A DNA stretch of 64,000 bases from an uncultured Pelagibacteraceae bacterium (lineage in GTDB: Bacteria; Pseudomonadota; Alphaproteobacteria; Pelagibacterales; Pelagibacteraceae), in the NCBI GenBank assembly GCA_902611145.1, contig CACLYO010000005.1, forward strand, positions 13,154-77,153. Direction: 5' to 3'. This document shows, piece after piece, positions 20,112-28,904 of the stretch. Position 1 is the first letter of the stretch. Each line of letters starts with the position of its first letter. The translations under genes were made by a program, and so were the position numbers. Under the pieces are notes generated by a model. It had not been told where the DNA came from. It did not search any database and saw only the letters and a list, made by a program, of their open reading frames with translations.

Positions 20112-20486
20112 TTAATATTGATTAGATCCTAGTTCGTCTATTTTTTCTTTTGAACCAGGTATTAAATTATAAACATATGTATCACAGTCTTTAGAACCTT
20201 TTTCATCAAAAGGTTGTCCATATATCTTATCAGTGATTTCTATCATTTTTTTATTAATTTCATCCTCATCCATTCCATTTTCCTGAAGGTATTTAATTAG
20301 AAATTTTTTCCCTCCAAGCGAATGCTCGATGTTTTCCAAACTTAATTTATCTTGAGTTAGAAAGCTATGAGCCGCATATAGTCCTAGACATTTGACTAAT
20401 TTTTCTTTGTCCGAGTCATTTATCTTAGCATTTGAAGATGAAAATAGTAAAATAAGAAACAGAGACAAAGTTAAGAATTTTTTCAT
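20112..20486 (-). CDS. hypothetical exported protein
   Basis: Signal peptide MKKFLTL...SSNA; two Cys that could form a disulfide. Confidence 0.6.
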   Translation of the reverse strand: MKKFLTLSLFLILLFSSSNAKINDSDKEKLVKCLGLYAAHSFLTQDKLSLENIEHSLGGKKFLIKYLQENGMDEDEINKKMIEITDKIYGQPFDEKGSKDCDTYVYNLIPGSKEKIDELGSNQY

Positions 20487-20565
20487 TTTTTTTAAAAATA
20501 ATTAGATGTATTTAAATCAAATTAGCAAAAAAATGTTATGGTTTTATTACAAAGCTACTATGCAA

Positions 20566-21258
20566 TTATAACTGATCTAGTGTAAGGCCTTTTACATTAG
20601 CTGGTACCGCAACATCCATCATTTTAGGATTAGCTAATTTTAAATTATTCATAATTTCCGCATATTGTTCTTTTGAACTTACTTGAAGACGTGGATTATT
20701 ATTTTTTTCATTCTCAATAGTTGAGTTTTTTTTCCCATTATAATCATGAGCGGGAAAGACTAAGGTTTTTCCAGGTAGTTTTAGTAATTTATTAAATAAA
20801 GAGTCATAAGCATCATGTGAACTTCCATTTTGAAAATCTGTTCTTCCAGTTCCATTTATTAAAAGAGTGTCACCTGTAAAAACTCTATCATTCATTAAAT
20901 AACTGTAAGAGCAGTCCGTATGACCTGGGGTATAAATTGCTCTAAATTCAATGTTTTCAATATTAATTTTTTCTTCATCTTTAATTTTTAGATCTATTAC
21001 TTCGGATTTAGATTTCTCCCCCATAATTCTTGTACAGTTTGTTCTTTTGTTAAGCTCATTTAATCCTGTTACATGATCAGCATGTATATGAGTATCGATT
21101 ACTTTAACTAGTTTAAGTTCTAATTTTTCTAAAATTTTTATGTATTCATTTGTGTGTTCAATTACTGGATCAATAATTAATGCTTCTCTACCTTTTCCAC
21201 TAGATATAATGTAAGTATAGGTTGAAGATTTAGTGTCAAATAATTGTTCAAATATCAT
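20566..21258 (-). CDS. persulfide (sulfur) dioxygenase, ETHE1-like MBL-fold
   Basis: SSTYTY, IIDPV, THIHADH, TPGHT, GRTDFQNG, PAHDY, NPRL motifs. Confidence 0.88.
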   Translation of the reverse strand: MIFEQLFDTKSSTYTYIISSGKGREALIIDPVIEHTNEYIKILEKLELKLVKVIDTHIHADHVTGLNELNKRTNCTRIMGEKSKSEVIDLKIKDEEKINIENIEFRAIYTPGHTDCSYSYLMNDRVFTGDTLLINGTGRTDFQNGSSHDAYDSLFNKLLKLPGKTLVFPAHDYNGKKNSTIENEKNNNPRLQVSSKEQYAEIMNNLKLANPKMMDVAVPANVKGLTLDQL

Positions 21259-21304
21259 AAAGAATTTTTAAACTATAAAAAATTGCATAGCAAATCAATC
21301 TTGA

Positions 21305-21319
21305 TTATAATAATTCTAA
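21305..21319. promoter_or_regulatory. degenerate ICE-like palindrome in the ETHE1/peroxiredoxin divergent promoter
   Basis: TTATAA-TAA-TTCTAA, one mismatch from TTAGAA-N3-TTCTAA. AT-rich, so a chance match is possible. Confidence 0.3.
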
Positions 21320-21343
21320 AAAACATAAAGAGAGAGGAAAAAA

Positions 21344-22006
21344 ATGACTTTAAAAATTAATAGTTTAGCTCCAGATTTTACAGCCGAAACTTCTGAAGGA
21401 AAATTGTCTTTTCATGAGTGGTTGGGAGATAGTTGGGGTGTTTTATTTTCACACCCAAAAGATTTTACTCCAGTTTGTACAACTGAACTTGGAGCGTTGG
21501 CGAAAATGAAACCCGAGTTTGAGAAAAGAAATGTCAAAGTTATGGGTTTAAGTGTGGATCCAGTTTCTGATCATGTTAAATGGCTTGAGGACATTAAAGA
21601 TGTTTGTGGATTAAAACCAAACTATCCAATTGTTGCTGATGAAAAGTTAGAAGTTGCAAAACTTTACAACATGTTAGAAGGTGATGCAGGAACGACATCT
21701 ATGGGTAGAACTGCGGTAGATAATCAAACTGTTAGAACAGTTTATATTGTTAGACCAGACAAAAGAATTGGATTATTTTTAACTTATCCAATGACTACTG
21801 GCCGTAACTTTCATGAAATATTAAGAACAATTGATTCAATGCAACGTACAGCAAAACATAAAATTGCAACACCTGCTGATTGGAAACCAGGTGAAAAAGT
21901 AATTATTGTCCCTGCTGTTAAAGATGAAGAGGCTAAAAAGTTATACCCTGATGGATGGGAAACGATAAAGCCTTATTTGCGTAAGGTTCCAGACCCAATT
22001 AAATAA
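21344..22006 (+). CDS. 1-Cys peroxiredoxin (Prx6)
   Basis: FSHPKDFTPVCTTE, YPMTTGRNF, ATPADW motifs. Confidence 0.93.
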   Translation: MTLKINSLAPDFTAETSEGKLSFHEWLGDSWGVLFSHPKDFTPVCTTELGALAKMKPEFEKRNVKVMGLSVDPVSDHVKWLEDIKDVCGLKPNYPIVADEKLEVAKLYNMLEGDAGTTSMGRTAVDNQTVRTVYIVRPDKRIGLFLTYPMTTGRNFHEILRTIDSMQRTAKHKIATPADWKPGEKVIIVPAVKDEEAKKLYPDGWETIKPYLRKVPDPIK

Positions 22007-22024
22007 ATTTAGATTAAAAAAATT

Positions 22025-22056
22025 AACCAACAATCTTAGAAATAGGATTGTTGGTT
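22025..22056. terminator. bidirectional rho-independent terminator
   Basis: AACCAACAATC...GATTGTTGGTT stem followed by a T-tract, between convergent prx and racemase genes. Confidence 0.8.
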
Positions 22057-22062
22057 TTTTTA

Positions 22063-22758
22063 TTAACGTTTATATTTTTTCATTGAAATATGAGCCAACA
22101 ATAGATTTGGATCGATAAAAACTTTAGACTCTTTAACTTTTTTAAAAGATTTATAAGCAAATATTGCTATTGGTAATTCAGTACAACCAAGAATAATTTT
22201 TTTACATTTTATTTTAAGTAAATATTTTACAGCAGGTCTTAAAACTTTTTCAGCTTCCTTTACTTTGCCCATCTTGACATATTTTATAGCATTATTAACA
22301 GAATTTTTTTGTAATGATTTTGTTGGACTAACTAATTTATAATCTTTGTTAAAATATTTACTATAAATACCAGTCTTTAAAGTTGCCTCAGTAGAAAGAA
22401 TTCCTATTTTAGAATTTTTCTTACAGCTTTTTTTTGTATGTAAAAAAACTTCCTTAGGCATACTTAATATTGGAATATTAATTTTTTTTTGCAAATCATC
22501 TCGCCAATAGTGAGCTGTATTGCAAGGCATCACAATAAATTTACATTTATTTTTTTGTAGTAAACGACAACCTACAATTAAACTTTTTAAAACATTGTAA
22601 TATTTTTTTAAATTTTCAGGCCTTTTTGGAATGTTTGATTTATTATAAAGAATAAAAAGTGGATATTTTTGATCTATTTTACCTCTATTTATAACTGCGA
22701 GCTTATTACAAAAGTCCAAACCTGCTTGTGTTCCCATTCCACCCAGTATTCCAATCAT
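22063..22758 (-). CDS. PLP-independent Asp/Glu racemase family protein
   Basis: GILGGMG, PCNTAH and LGCTE catalytic Cys pair. Confidence 0.88.
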   Translation of the reverse strand: MIGILGGMGTQAGLDFCNKLAVINRGKIDQKYPLFILYNKSNIPKRPENLKKYYNVLKSLIVGCRLLQKNKCKFIVMPCNTAHYWRDDLQKKINIPILSMPKEVFLHTKKSCKKNSKIGILSTEATLKTGIYSKYFNKDYKLVSPTKSLQKNSVNNAIKYVKMGKVKEAEKVLRPAVKYLLKIKCKKIILGCTELPIAIFAYKSFKKVKESKVFIDPNLLLAHISMKKYKR

Positions 22759-22771
22759 AAGTTTTATTTGA

Positions 22772-23116
22772 TTAAATTGCTTTATTTCTTGATCTCATAA
22801 AAACTAAAATTAAACAACCTTTTTCTGTAAATGAAGAATGTGTTGATCCAGGTTCGAAACTTATAAAGTCTCCTTTTTTAAAAACTTTTCCATCAGTATC
22901 TATCAATTCTCCATCAAGCATATAAAATTCTTCATAACTAACATGTTTGTGTGGAATACTCTTAGCGCCAGGTTCCATTTTCAAAATATAACTACCTTGA
23001 CCTTTTTCTTTTTCATAGCTTATTTTATGCCAACTCATGCCCTTGATTGTTTTGCCATAATTGTCGAAAGGTTCAAATTCAAGATTTAATGGATTATCTA
23101 TAATTCTTCTTTTCAT
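22772..23116 (-). CDS. ChrR-like cupin domain protein
   Basis: PGAKSIPHKH...EEFYMLDG and PGSTH cupin motifs. Confidence 0.75.
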   Translation of the reverse strand: MKRRIIDNPLNLEFEPFDNYGKTIKGMSWHKISYEKEKGQGSYILKMEPGAKSIPHKHVSYEEFYMLDGELIDTDGKVFKKGDFISFEPGSTHSSFTEKGCLILVFMRSRNKAI

Positions 23117-23168
23117 AAAATTAATAAAATATACTTTTTATTTTAATTAGAAATTATAAAAGAAACAA

Positions 23169-23783
23169 ATGGAATTTTTAATACTTGGTTTTTTAACAGG
23201 TTTCAGCTTAATCCTTGCAATTGGAGCACAAAATGTTTTTGTTATAGAGCAGGGACTAAAGAAACAATATGTTTTTTTAGTGTGTTTAATTTGTTCTATA
23301 TCAGATTTAATCCTAATTTTTTTAGGAATATTCTTGTTTGAATATTTTAAAATCTATTTCACAAAAAATGTTGAATTAATATTTAATATATTACTTTTTA
23401 TTTTTTTAATTTATTTTATTTATAATAAAGTAAGATCTTTATATAAAAGTTCAGAAATTAACTTTGAAAACAGTGTTTTAAATTTAAAGAACATAATAGC
23501 TAAAACTCTAGGATTTACTTATTTAAATCCACATGTTTATTCAGACACAGTCTTTTTTTTAGGAAATTTTTCAAAGAATTTTTTAATTACTAACAAATAT
23601 TTTTTTGGAATAGGTGCTTCTATTGCATCTTTTTTATTTTTTTTTTCTTTAGGTTATTTAGCTAAATTTTTCTCAAATTATTTAATTAATTCAAATACTT
23701 GGAAGGCTATAAATTTTTTTATTATTATATTTATGACTGTTTTATCTAGCTATGTATTTATGGATATTATGGATTTAGTTTGA
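23169..23783 (+). CDS. LysE/ArgO family amino acid exporter
   Basis: LILAIGAQNVFV..QG and TYLNPHVY.DT motifs. Confidence 0.88.
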   Translation: MEFLILGFLTGFSLILAIGAQNVFVIEQGLKKQYVFLVCLICSISDLILIFLGIFLFEYFKIYFTKNVELIFNILLFIFLIYFIYNKVRSLYKSSEINFENSVLNLKNIIAKTLGFTYLNPHVYSDTVFFLGNFSKNFLITNKYFFGIGASIASFLFFFSLGYLAKFFSNYLINSNTWKAINFFIIIFMTVLSSYVFMDIMDLV

Positions 23784-25061
23784 AAATCCGTATTTTCTAA
23801 GTCTAGCATCACCAGTTCTTGCATGAGCCTCCATACCTTCGTATCTTGAAATTCTTGCTGCTGCAGCACCAACTTCTTTTGTAGACTCTTTGGTCATTCT
23901 TTGAAAACTTAATGTTTTAATAAATTTACCGACAAACAATCCCCCTGTATATTTACCAGCACCTTTTGTTGGAAGAATATGATTTGTTCCTGAGCATTTA
24001 TCACCATAAGCAACTGTTGTTTCTTCACCAATAAATAATGATCCATAATTTTTTAATCTGTCATGGAACCATTTTAGATTTTTAGTTTGTACTTCTAAAT
24101 GTTCTGGTGCGTATTCATCACTTATTGTTGCCATTTCTTCATCGGTATCGCAAAGAATTACTTCTCCGTAATCTTTCCAAGCTGCTTCTGCACTTATTCT
24201 TGGAACTTCAGGTAACTCTGCAATTAATTCTGGCATTCTTTTTATTACTTCGTCGGCAACTTTTTTACTTGTTGTAAACAACCAAGCTGGTGAATTATAT
24301 CCATGTTCTGCTTGACCGACTAAATCAACAGCAACTATCTCTGGATCTGCTGTTTCATCTGCTATTACGGCAATTTCAGTAGGTCCTGCAAATAAATCAA
24401 TTCCAACTTTACCGAACAAAATTCTTTTTGCTTCTGCAACAAATTGGTTTCCTGGACCAACTAAAATATCAGCTGGTGAATTTCCAAACATTCCATAAGT
24501 CATTGCAGCAATCGCAGGAACACCGCCTAAATTTAATATAACGTTAGCTCCACATAAATCAGCTGTATAAACAATAGCAGGATGTGCACCAACACCTTCT
24601 TTTGGAGGACTACATGCAATAATATTTTTAACCCCAGCAACTTTTGCTGTTGTTACACTCATTACAGCAGAAGCTATGTGAGCGTATCTTCCACCAGGTA
24701 CATAACAGCCTGCAGTATTGACAGGAATTAACTTTTGTCCTGCATATAAACCTTTTGAAAGTTCTACTTCAAAATCCTGTCCATAATTTTTTAACTGAGC
24801 TTCTGCAAACTTTCTTACTCTGTCATAAGAAAATTTAATATCGTCTTTTGTTTTTTGGTCTAGTGATTTTTTTATTTCCTCAATCTTTTCTTTTGAAACA
24901 ATAATTTCACCATCATATTTATCAAATTTTTTTGTAAGTTCTTTACAACCATCTTCTCTTGATTTTTCTAAATCATTAAGAAGATTTTGAACTATTTCTC
25001 TTGTTTTTAAATCATCGGTAGATGAAGTTTTTGGTGATTTTTTTAAGTATTTAATTGCCAT
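23775..25061 (-). CDS. hpsN: sulfopropanediol (DHPS) 3-dehydrogenase, HisD paralogue
   Basis: HisD fold (GPGN, AGPTE, QAEH, APEHL) with HpsN-type segments as recalled from roseobacter HpsN: YLKK N-terminus, GCYVPGGRYAHIASA, QAEHGYNSP, AAWKDY, YGDK.SGTNH. Sulfonate-gene context. Confidence 0.8.
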   Translation of the reverse strand: MAIKYLKKSPKTSSTDDLKTREIVQNLLNDLEKSREDGCKELTKKFDKYDGEIIVSKEKIEEIKKSLDQKTKDDIKFSYDRVRKFAEAQLKNYGQDFEVELSKGLYAGQKLIPVNTAGCYVPGGRYAHIASAVMSVTTAKVAGVKNIIACSPPKEGVGAHPAIVYTADLCGANVILNLGGVPAIAAMTYGMFGNSPADILVGPGNQFVAEAKRILFGKVGIDLFAGPTEIAVIADETADPEIVAVDLVGQAEHGYNSPAWLFTTSKKVADEVIKRMPELIAELPEVPRISAEAAWKDYGEVILCDTDEEMATISDEYAPEHLEVQTKNLKWFHDRLKNYGSLFIGEETTVAYGDKCSGTNHILPTKGAGKYTGGLFVGKFIKTLSFQRMTKESTKEVGAAAARISRYEGMEAHARTGDARLRKYGFSN

Positions 25062-25090
25062 AAATTTTTTGAAACTTTTTAAATCATAAA

Positions 25091-26002
25091 TTAATCTAAT
25101 GCAACTACTGCTGCAGCAATAGAAGCAAGTCTTGCAGGGGCATCATCGGATCTACTTGTAATTACAACTGGAACTCTTCCACCAATAACAACTCCAGCGG
25201 CACATGCACCCATAAAATATATCATCATTTTTACTAAGCCGTTTCCAGACTCTACGTTAGGAACTAATAATATATCGGCTTGTCCAGCTACAGAATTTTT
25301 TATTCCTTTTATAGCCGCTGATTTTTTTGAAATACTATTGTCAAATGCAAGAGGACCAAATACATCAGCATTAATATTTTCTTTTTTAGCTAATTCAGTA
25401 ATTTCTTTTGCATCTATAGAACTTTGAACACTATCAATAACTTCTTCTGTTGCTGATAGTACAGAAACTTTTGGTCTTGCTATTCCGATTCTATTTGAAA
25501 AATCAACAACATTTCTAAGTATATGCATTTTTGTTTTAACATTTGGAGAAACATTCAACGCACCATCAGTTATTATTAGTGGGCTATCTTCTTTATCTAA
25601 AGTCATATGCCAAATATGACTTAACCTTGTTTTGCTAAGTAAATTATATTCTTTTTTTATAACTTCTTTCATCAAAATGTCAGTATGAATGTGTCCTTTA
25701 ACTATTATTTTGATTTTTTTTTCCGATGCCAATTTTGCAGCAATCTTTGCAGTGTTATTTTCAACTGGCTCATGAATGATTTCATATTCTGAAATATTGA
25801 ATTTTAAATCGCTTGCACATTTTTCAATTTCATTTTTGTCTCCAATAAATACTGGAACAATTAAATTTTCATTAACTGCATCCATAGCAGATATCATGGG
25901 AAGAGGTTTCCCTGCATTTACTATCCCTGCAGTAACACCTTTTTTTTTATGTGCGGCATTAAGTAGATTATCTGGGCAAACTATTTCTTTATCAGATAGC
26001 AT
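25091..26002 (-). CDS. pta: phosphate acetyl/butyryltransferase
   Basis: KGHIHTD, ITDGALN..P, GPLAFDN, ITSRSD motifs. Start moved to the ATG at 26002 (MLSDK) to remove the overlap with the divergent gene. Confidence 0.8.
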   Translation of the reverse strand: MLSDKEIVCPDNLLNAAHKKKGVTAGIVNAGKPLPMISAMDAVNENLIVPVFIGDKNEIEKCASDLKFNISEYEIIHEPVENNTAKIAAKLASEKKIKIIVKGHIHTDILMKEVIKKEYNLLSKTRLSHIWHMTLDKEDSPLIITDGALNVSPNVKTKMHILRNVVDFSNRIGIARPKVSVLSATEEVIDSVQSSIDAKEITELAKKENINADVFGPLAFDNSISKKSAAIKGIKNSVAGQADILLVPNVESGNGLVKMMIYFMGACAAGVVIGGRVPVVITSRSDDAPARLASIAAAVVALD

Positions 26003-26058
26003 TATATTTTTTTTATTTATAATTTTGAAAATGTATATATAAATTAATACACTATAAA

Positions 26059-26907
26059 ATGGAAATTGTAACAAAAATAGCCCCAATTGCTTTAGCTTTA
26101 ATAATGTTAGGTTTAGGTCTAGGTCTAACAACGCAGGATTTTGTCAGAGTATTAAAACAACCTAAAGATTTTTTTATTGGGTTTGTTTGTCAACTTATAG
26201 TTCTCCCAATAATTGCTTTTTTATTAATAAAAATTTTAAACACTCCATTGGAATTAGCCTTAGGTGTAATGATAATAGCAGCAGCACCAGGAGGAGTTAC
26301 TTCTAATGTTCTTACAAAATTTGCAAATGGAGATGTAGCTTTATCAGTTTCACTTACGGCAATTATTAGCTTGATAAGTATATTTACTGTTCCTTTTATT
26401 GTTTTTAAATCAGCAGAATTATTAAATGTTTCATACATTGCAAACAACATCTCTATGATAGGTATATCTTTAAAGATGTTTTTAGTTGTTACTTTGCCAG
26501 TAATGATAGGAATGTTGATTAGAAAATTTGCAACAAATTTTATAATAAACAATACGCAAAACATTCAAAGAATATCAATATTATTATTTATTTTAGTTTT
26601 TATAGCTATTTGGATTGAGGAATGGGATAAAATAGTTTCTTTTATTACTAGAGCGGGATTGGTTGCCTTAATACTAAATGTAGTTATGATGACGGTTGGT
26701 TTTTATGTAGCAAAAGTATTTGCTAGTGGTATGGAACAAAGAAAATGTATATCTCTTGAGTGCGGACTACAAAATGGAACATTGGCAGTTTTTGTTTCTA
26801 CCCAAATTTTTGATAATATAGTTTATATGGTACCGACTGCAGCTTATGCTCTAATAATGTTTGTTACTTCAATTATATTTGTATTTTTAGTAAAAAATTT
26901 AGATTAA
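26059..26907 (+). CDS. bile acid:sodium symporter (BASS) family transporter
   Basis: MLGLGLGL, PGGVTSN, GDVALS, ECGLQNG motifs. Confidence 0.9.
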   Translation: MEIVTKIAPIALALIMLGLGLGLTTQDFVRVLKQPKDFFIGFVCQLIVLPIIAFLLIKILNTPLELALGVMIIAAAPGGVTSNVLTKFANGDVALSVSLTAIISLISIFTVPFIVFKSAELLNVSYIANNISMIGISLKMFLVVTLPVMIGMLIRKFATNFIINNTQNIQRISILLFILVFIAIWIEEWDKIVSFITRAGLVALILNVVMMTVGFYVAKVFASGMEQRKCISLECGLQNGTLAVFVSTQIFDNIVYMVPTAAYALIMFVTSIIFVFLVKNLD

Positions 26908-26923
26908 TTTTCTAAAATAGAAA

Positions 26924-28072
26924 ATGATAAAACCTTATCAAGTAGAGATTTCAGAGGAAACTCTTCAAAGAATTTATATCAAAGTTAAAAATTATTCATG
27001 GCATGAAATGCCCGATGATGGTGGATGGAATTATGGAACAAACTTAGATTATATGAAAGAATTTTCAAAGTATTGGATTGAAAAATTTAATTGGAGAAAA
27101 ACTGAAGAAAAAATTAATAAATTTAAAAATTTTAAAACTAATATAGATGGAATTGATATTCATTTTATTCATGAAAAAGGAAGTGGAAAAAATCCCAAGC
27201 CATTATTATTAAGTCATGGTTGGCCAGGTTCAATAGTTGAGTTTTTACACATTATTAATCAATTAGCTCATCCCGAGAAATTTGGAGGAAAAGAAGAAGA
27301 TGCTTTTGATGTAGTTGTACCATCTTTGCCAGGATTTGGTTTTTCTGGCAGACCAACTAACCCAATAGGTCCTAGAAAAATGTCAGCAATATTTAATTCT
27401 TTAATGACTAATGTACTTGGTTATAAAAAATATATTGCCCAAGGAGGTGATTTTGGTGGAACAATATGTACATGGTTAGCATATGATTTTCCAGAATCGT
27501 TAGCTGGAATACATATTAACATTTTAATTACTCGTCATCCAGATGGACCACAAACTCAAGAAGAAAAAGAATGGCAAGAAAGATTTAAAAAAGAACAAAG
27601 AATTGAAGATGGTTATAGAACCCAACAAGCCACCAAACCTCAAACATTAAGTTATGCGATGATGGATAGTCCAGTTGGTGTTGCTGCTTGGATAATTGAA
27701 AAAATGCGTGGTTGGTCTGATATTGAGAATGGAGATATTGAAAGTGTTTATTCTAAAGATATCTTACTATCAAACATAATGGTTTATTTAGTTACCAAAA
27801 CTTTTAACACCGCTTCATGGATTTATTATGGAAGAAGAGAAGAGGGTGGAAGATCACTTCCTAAAGAACATCTTCCTTTAAAAGTACCAACTGCAGTAGC
27901 TTTATTTCCAAAAGAATACTTAGAATGGGCTCCAAGATCATATGTAGAAAGAATTTACAATATCCAACACTGGACTGAAATGCCAAAGGGGGGACATTTT
28001 GCTGCATTAGAACAACCAGATTTATTGATAAAAGATATTAAGGATTTTAATAAAAAATTAAAAAACATCTAA
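26924..28072 (+). CDS. epoxide hydrolase (microsomal type, alpha/beta fold)
   Basis: HGWPGS, QGGDFG nucleophile, DSPVG.AAWI.EK, GGHFAALE. Confidence 0.9.
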   Translation: MIKPYQVEISEETLQRIYIKVKNYSWHEMPDDGGWNYGTNLDYMKEFSKYWIEKFNWRKTEEKINKFKNFKTNIDGIDIHFIHEKGSGKNPKPLLLSHGWPGSIVEFLHIINQLAHPEKFGGKEEDAFDVVVPSLPGFGFSGRPTNPIGPRKMSAIFNSLMTNVLGYKKYIAQGGDFGGTICTWLAYDFPESLAGIHINILITRHPDGPQTQEEKEWQERFKKEQRIEDGYRTQQATKPQTLSYAMMDSPVGVAAWIIEKMRGWSDIENGDIESVYSKDILLSNIMVYLVTKTFNTASWIYYGRREEGGRSLPKEHLPLKVPTAVALFPKEYLEWAPRSYVERIYNIQHWTEMPKGGHFAALEQPDLLIKDIKDFNKKLKNI

Positions 28073-28453
28073 ATGGAAAAATTTACAAAGCAACTTCAAT
28101 TTATTTTATTATCAGTAATTCTTATATGTACAGTAATTGCTGTAGGAATTGAAATTAAAGCAATGTTTGATAATCAAACAGTTACTTTAGCAGATTTGCT
28201 TTTAATGTTTCTGTACTTAGAAGTGTTAGCAATGGTTAGAATTTTTTGGGATCAACAGTCAATAAGTATTACTTTACCTTTGTTGATAGCAATTACAGCA
28301 TTAGCCCGTTTTATAATATTGCAGGGAAAAGAAATGGATCCTTCTGGATTAGTTTATGAAGCTGTAGCCATAGTACTTATAGCTTCTGCAATTGTAATAC
28401 TCAGATTACGTCACAGCGATATATTAGGTTTGAAACCAAAAAAAAGAAAATAA
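28073..28453 (+). CDS. PsiE-like membrane protein
   Basis: LADLLLMFLYLEV and IAITALAR motifs; 4 TM helices. Confidence 0.8.
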   Translation: MEKFTKQLQFILLSVILICTVIAVGIEIKAMFDNQTVTLADLLLMFLYLEVLAMVRIFWDQQSISITLPLLIAITALARFIILQGKEMDPSGLVYEAVAIVLIASAIVILRLRHSDILGLKPKKRK

Positions 28454-28460
28454 TATAAAT

Positions 28461-28562
28461 CTAAAAAAAACTTATACCGTTTTTAACAAAAAAAACTGCT
28501 AGGATAAAAACTAAAGCTAAATAAATAATTATAAATATTGTATATTTTAAATATTTTTTCAT
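28461..28562 (-). CDS. possible 33-aa single-TM peptide (not in ORF track)
   Basis: Hand translation gives MKKYLKYTIFIIIYLALVFILAVFFVKNGISFF; fills an otherwise empty gap. Confidence 0.3.
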   Translation of the reverse strand: MKKYLKYTIFIIIYLALVFILAVFFVKNGISFF

Positions 28563-28593
28563 TTGATATTTTTTATCTCTTTTAAAACTTAAC

Positions 28594-28618
28594 GAGGCGT
28601 CATAATTAAAGACGCCTC
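28594..28618 (-). terminator. stem-loop downstream of the 68-aa gene
   Basis: Perfect 8-bp GC-rich inverted repeat GAGGCGTC-N9-GACGCCTC. Confidence 0.6.
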
Positions 28619-28627
28619 AAGATTATA

Positions 28628-28834
28628 TTAATTATTTAATAAAGCTAAAGCTTCATTCAGTAGCTTTTCTGATTTTGCATGATCACCTTCATCATGTGCT
28701 TTTTTACCAGCATCTCTTAGTTTTTGTACTTCAGCTAATTTACTATCTATTTTACCCCATAACATTGGGCACGAACCAGCGTATGCTGAGCTTGTAAACA
28801 TAATTAATGCAAATATTAATGCAAATTTTTTCAT
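28628..28834 (-). CDS. small exported helical protein (CP...H..G.H motif)
   Basis: Signal peptide ending AYA, then SCP...LRDAG..AH..GDH..S; AAGGA RBS. Confidence 0.7.
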   Translation of the reverse strand: MKKFALIFALIMFTSSAYAGSCPMLWGKIDSKLAEVQKLRDAGKKAHDEGDHAKSEKLLNEALALLNN

Positions 28835-28904
28835 ATTTATCCTTTCAGTACTAACTAAATAGTCATTTTAAATTTTATTAGTAGGTCCAGAATGTCACGC
28901 CTAA

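Noticed and set aside
22772-23116. Cupin as a DMSP lyase (DddK/DddQ/DddW)
   Set aside because: Length and motif pattern fit ChrR-like cupins better, and I could not identify DddK-specific residues by eye.
23775-25061. Annotation as histidinol dehydrogenase hisD
   Set aside because: Sequence segments match the HpsN subfamily as I recall it, and no his operon surrounds the gene.
26003-26131. 43-aa N-terminal extension of pta in the ORF track
   Set aside because: It overlaps the divergent BASS gene and is low-complexity; the ATG at 26002 gives a normal-length protein.
28882-28890. CTGGACCTA on the minus strand, resembling a TauR-type repeat unit
   Set aside because: Single copy, downstream of the tau operon rather than in its promoter; probably chance.
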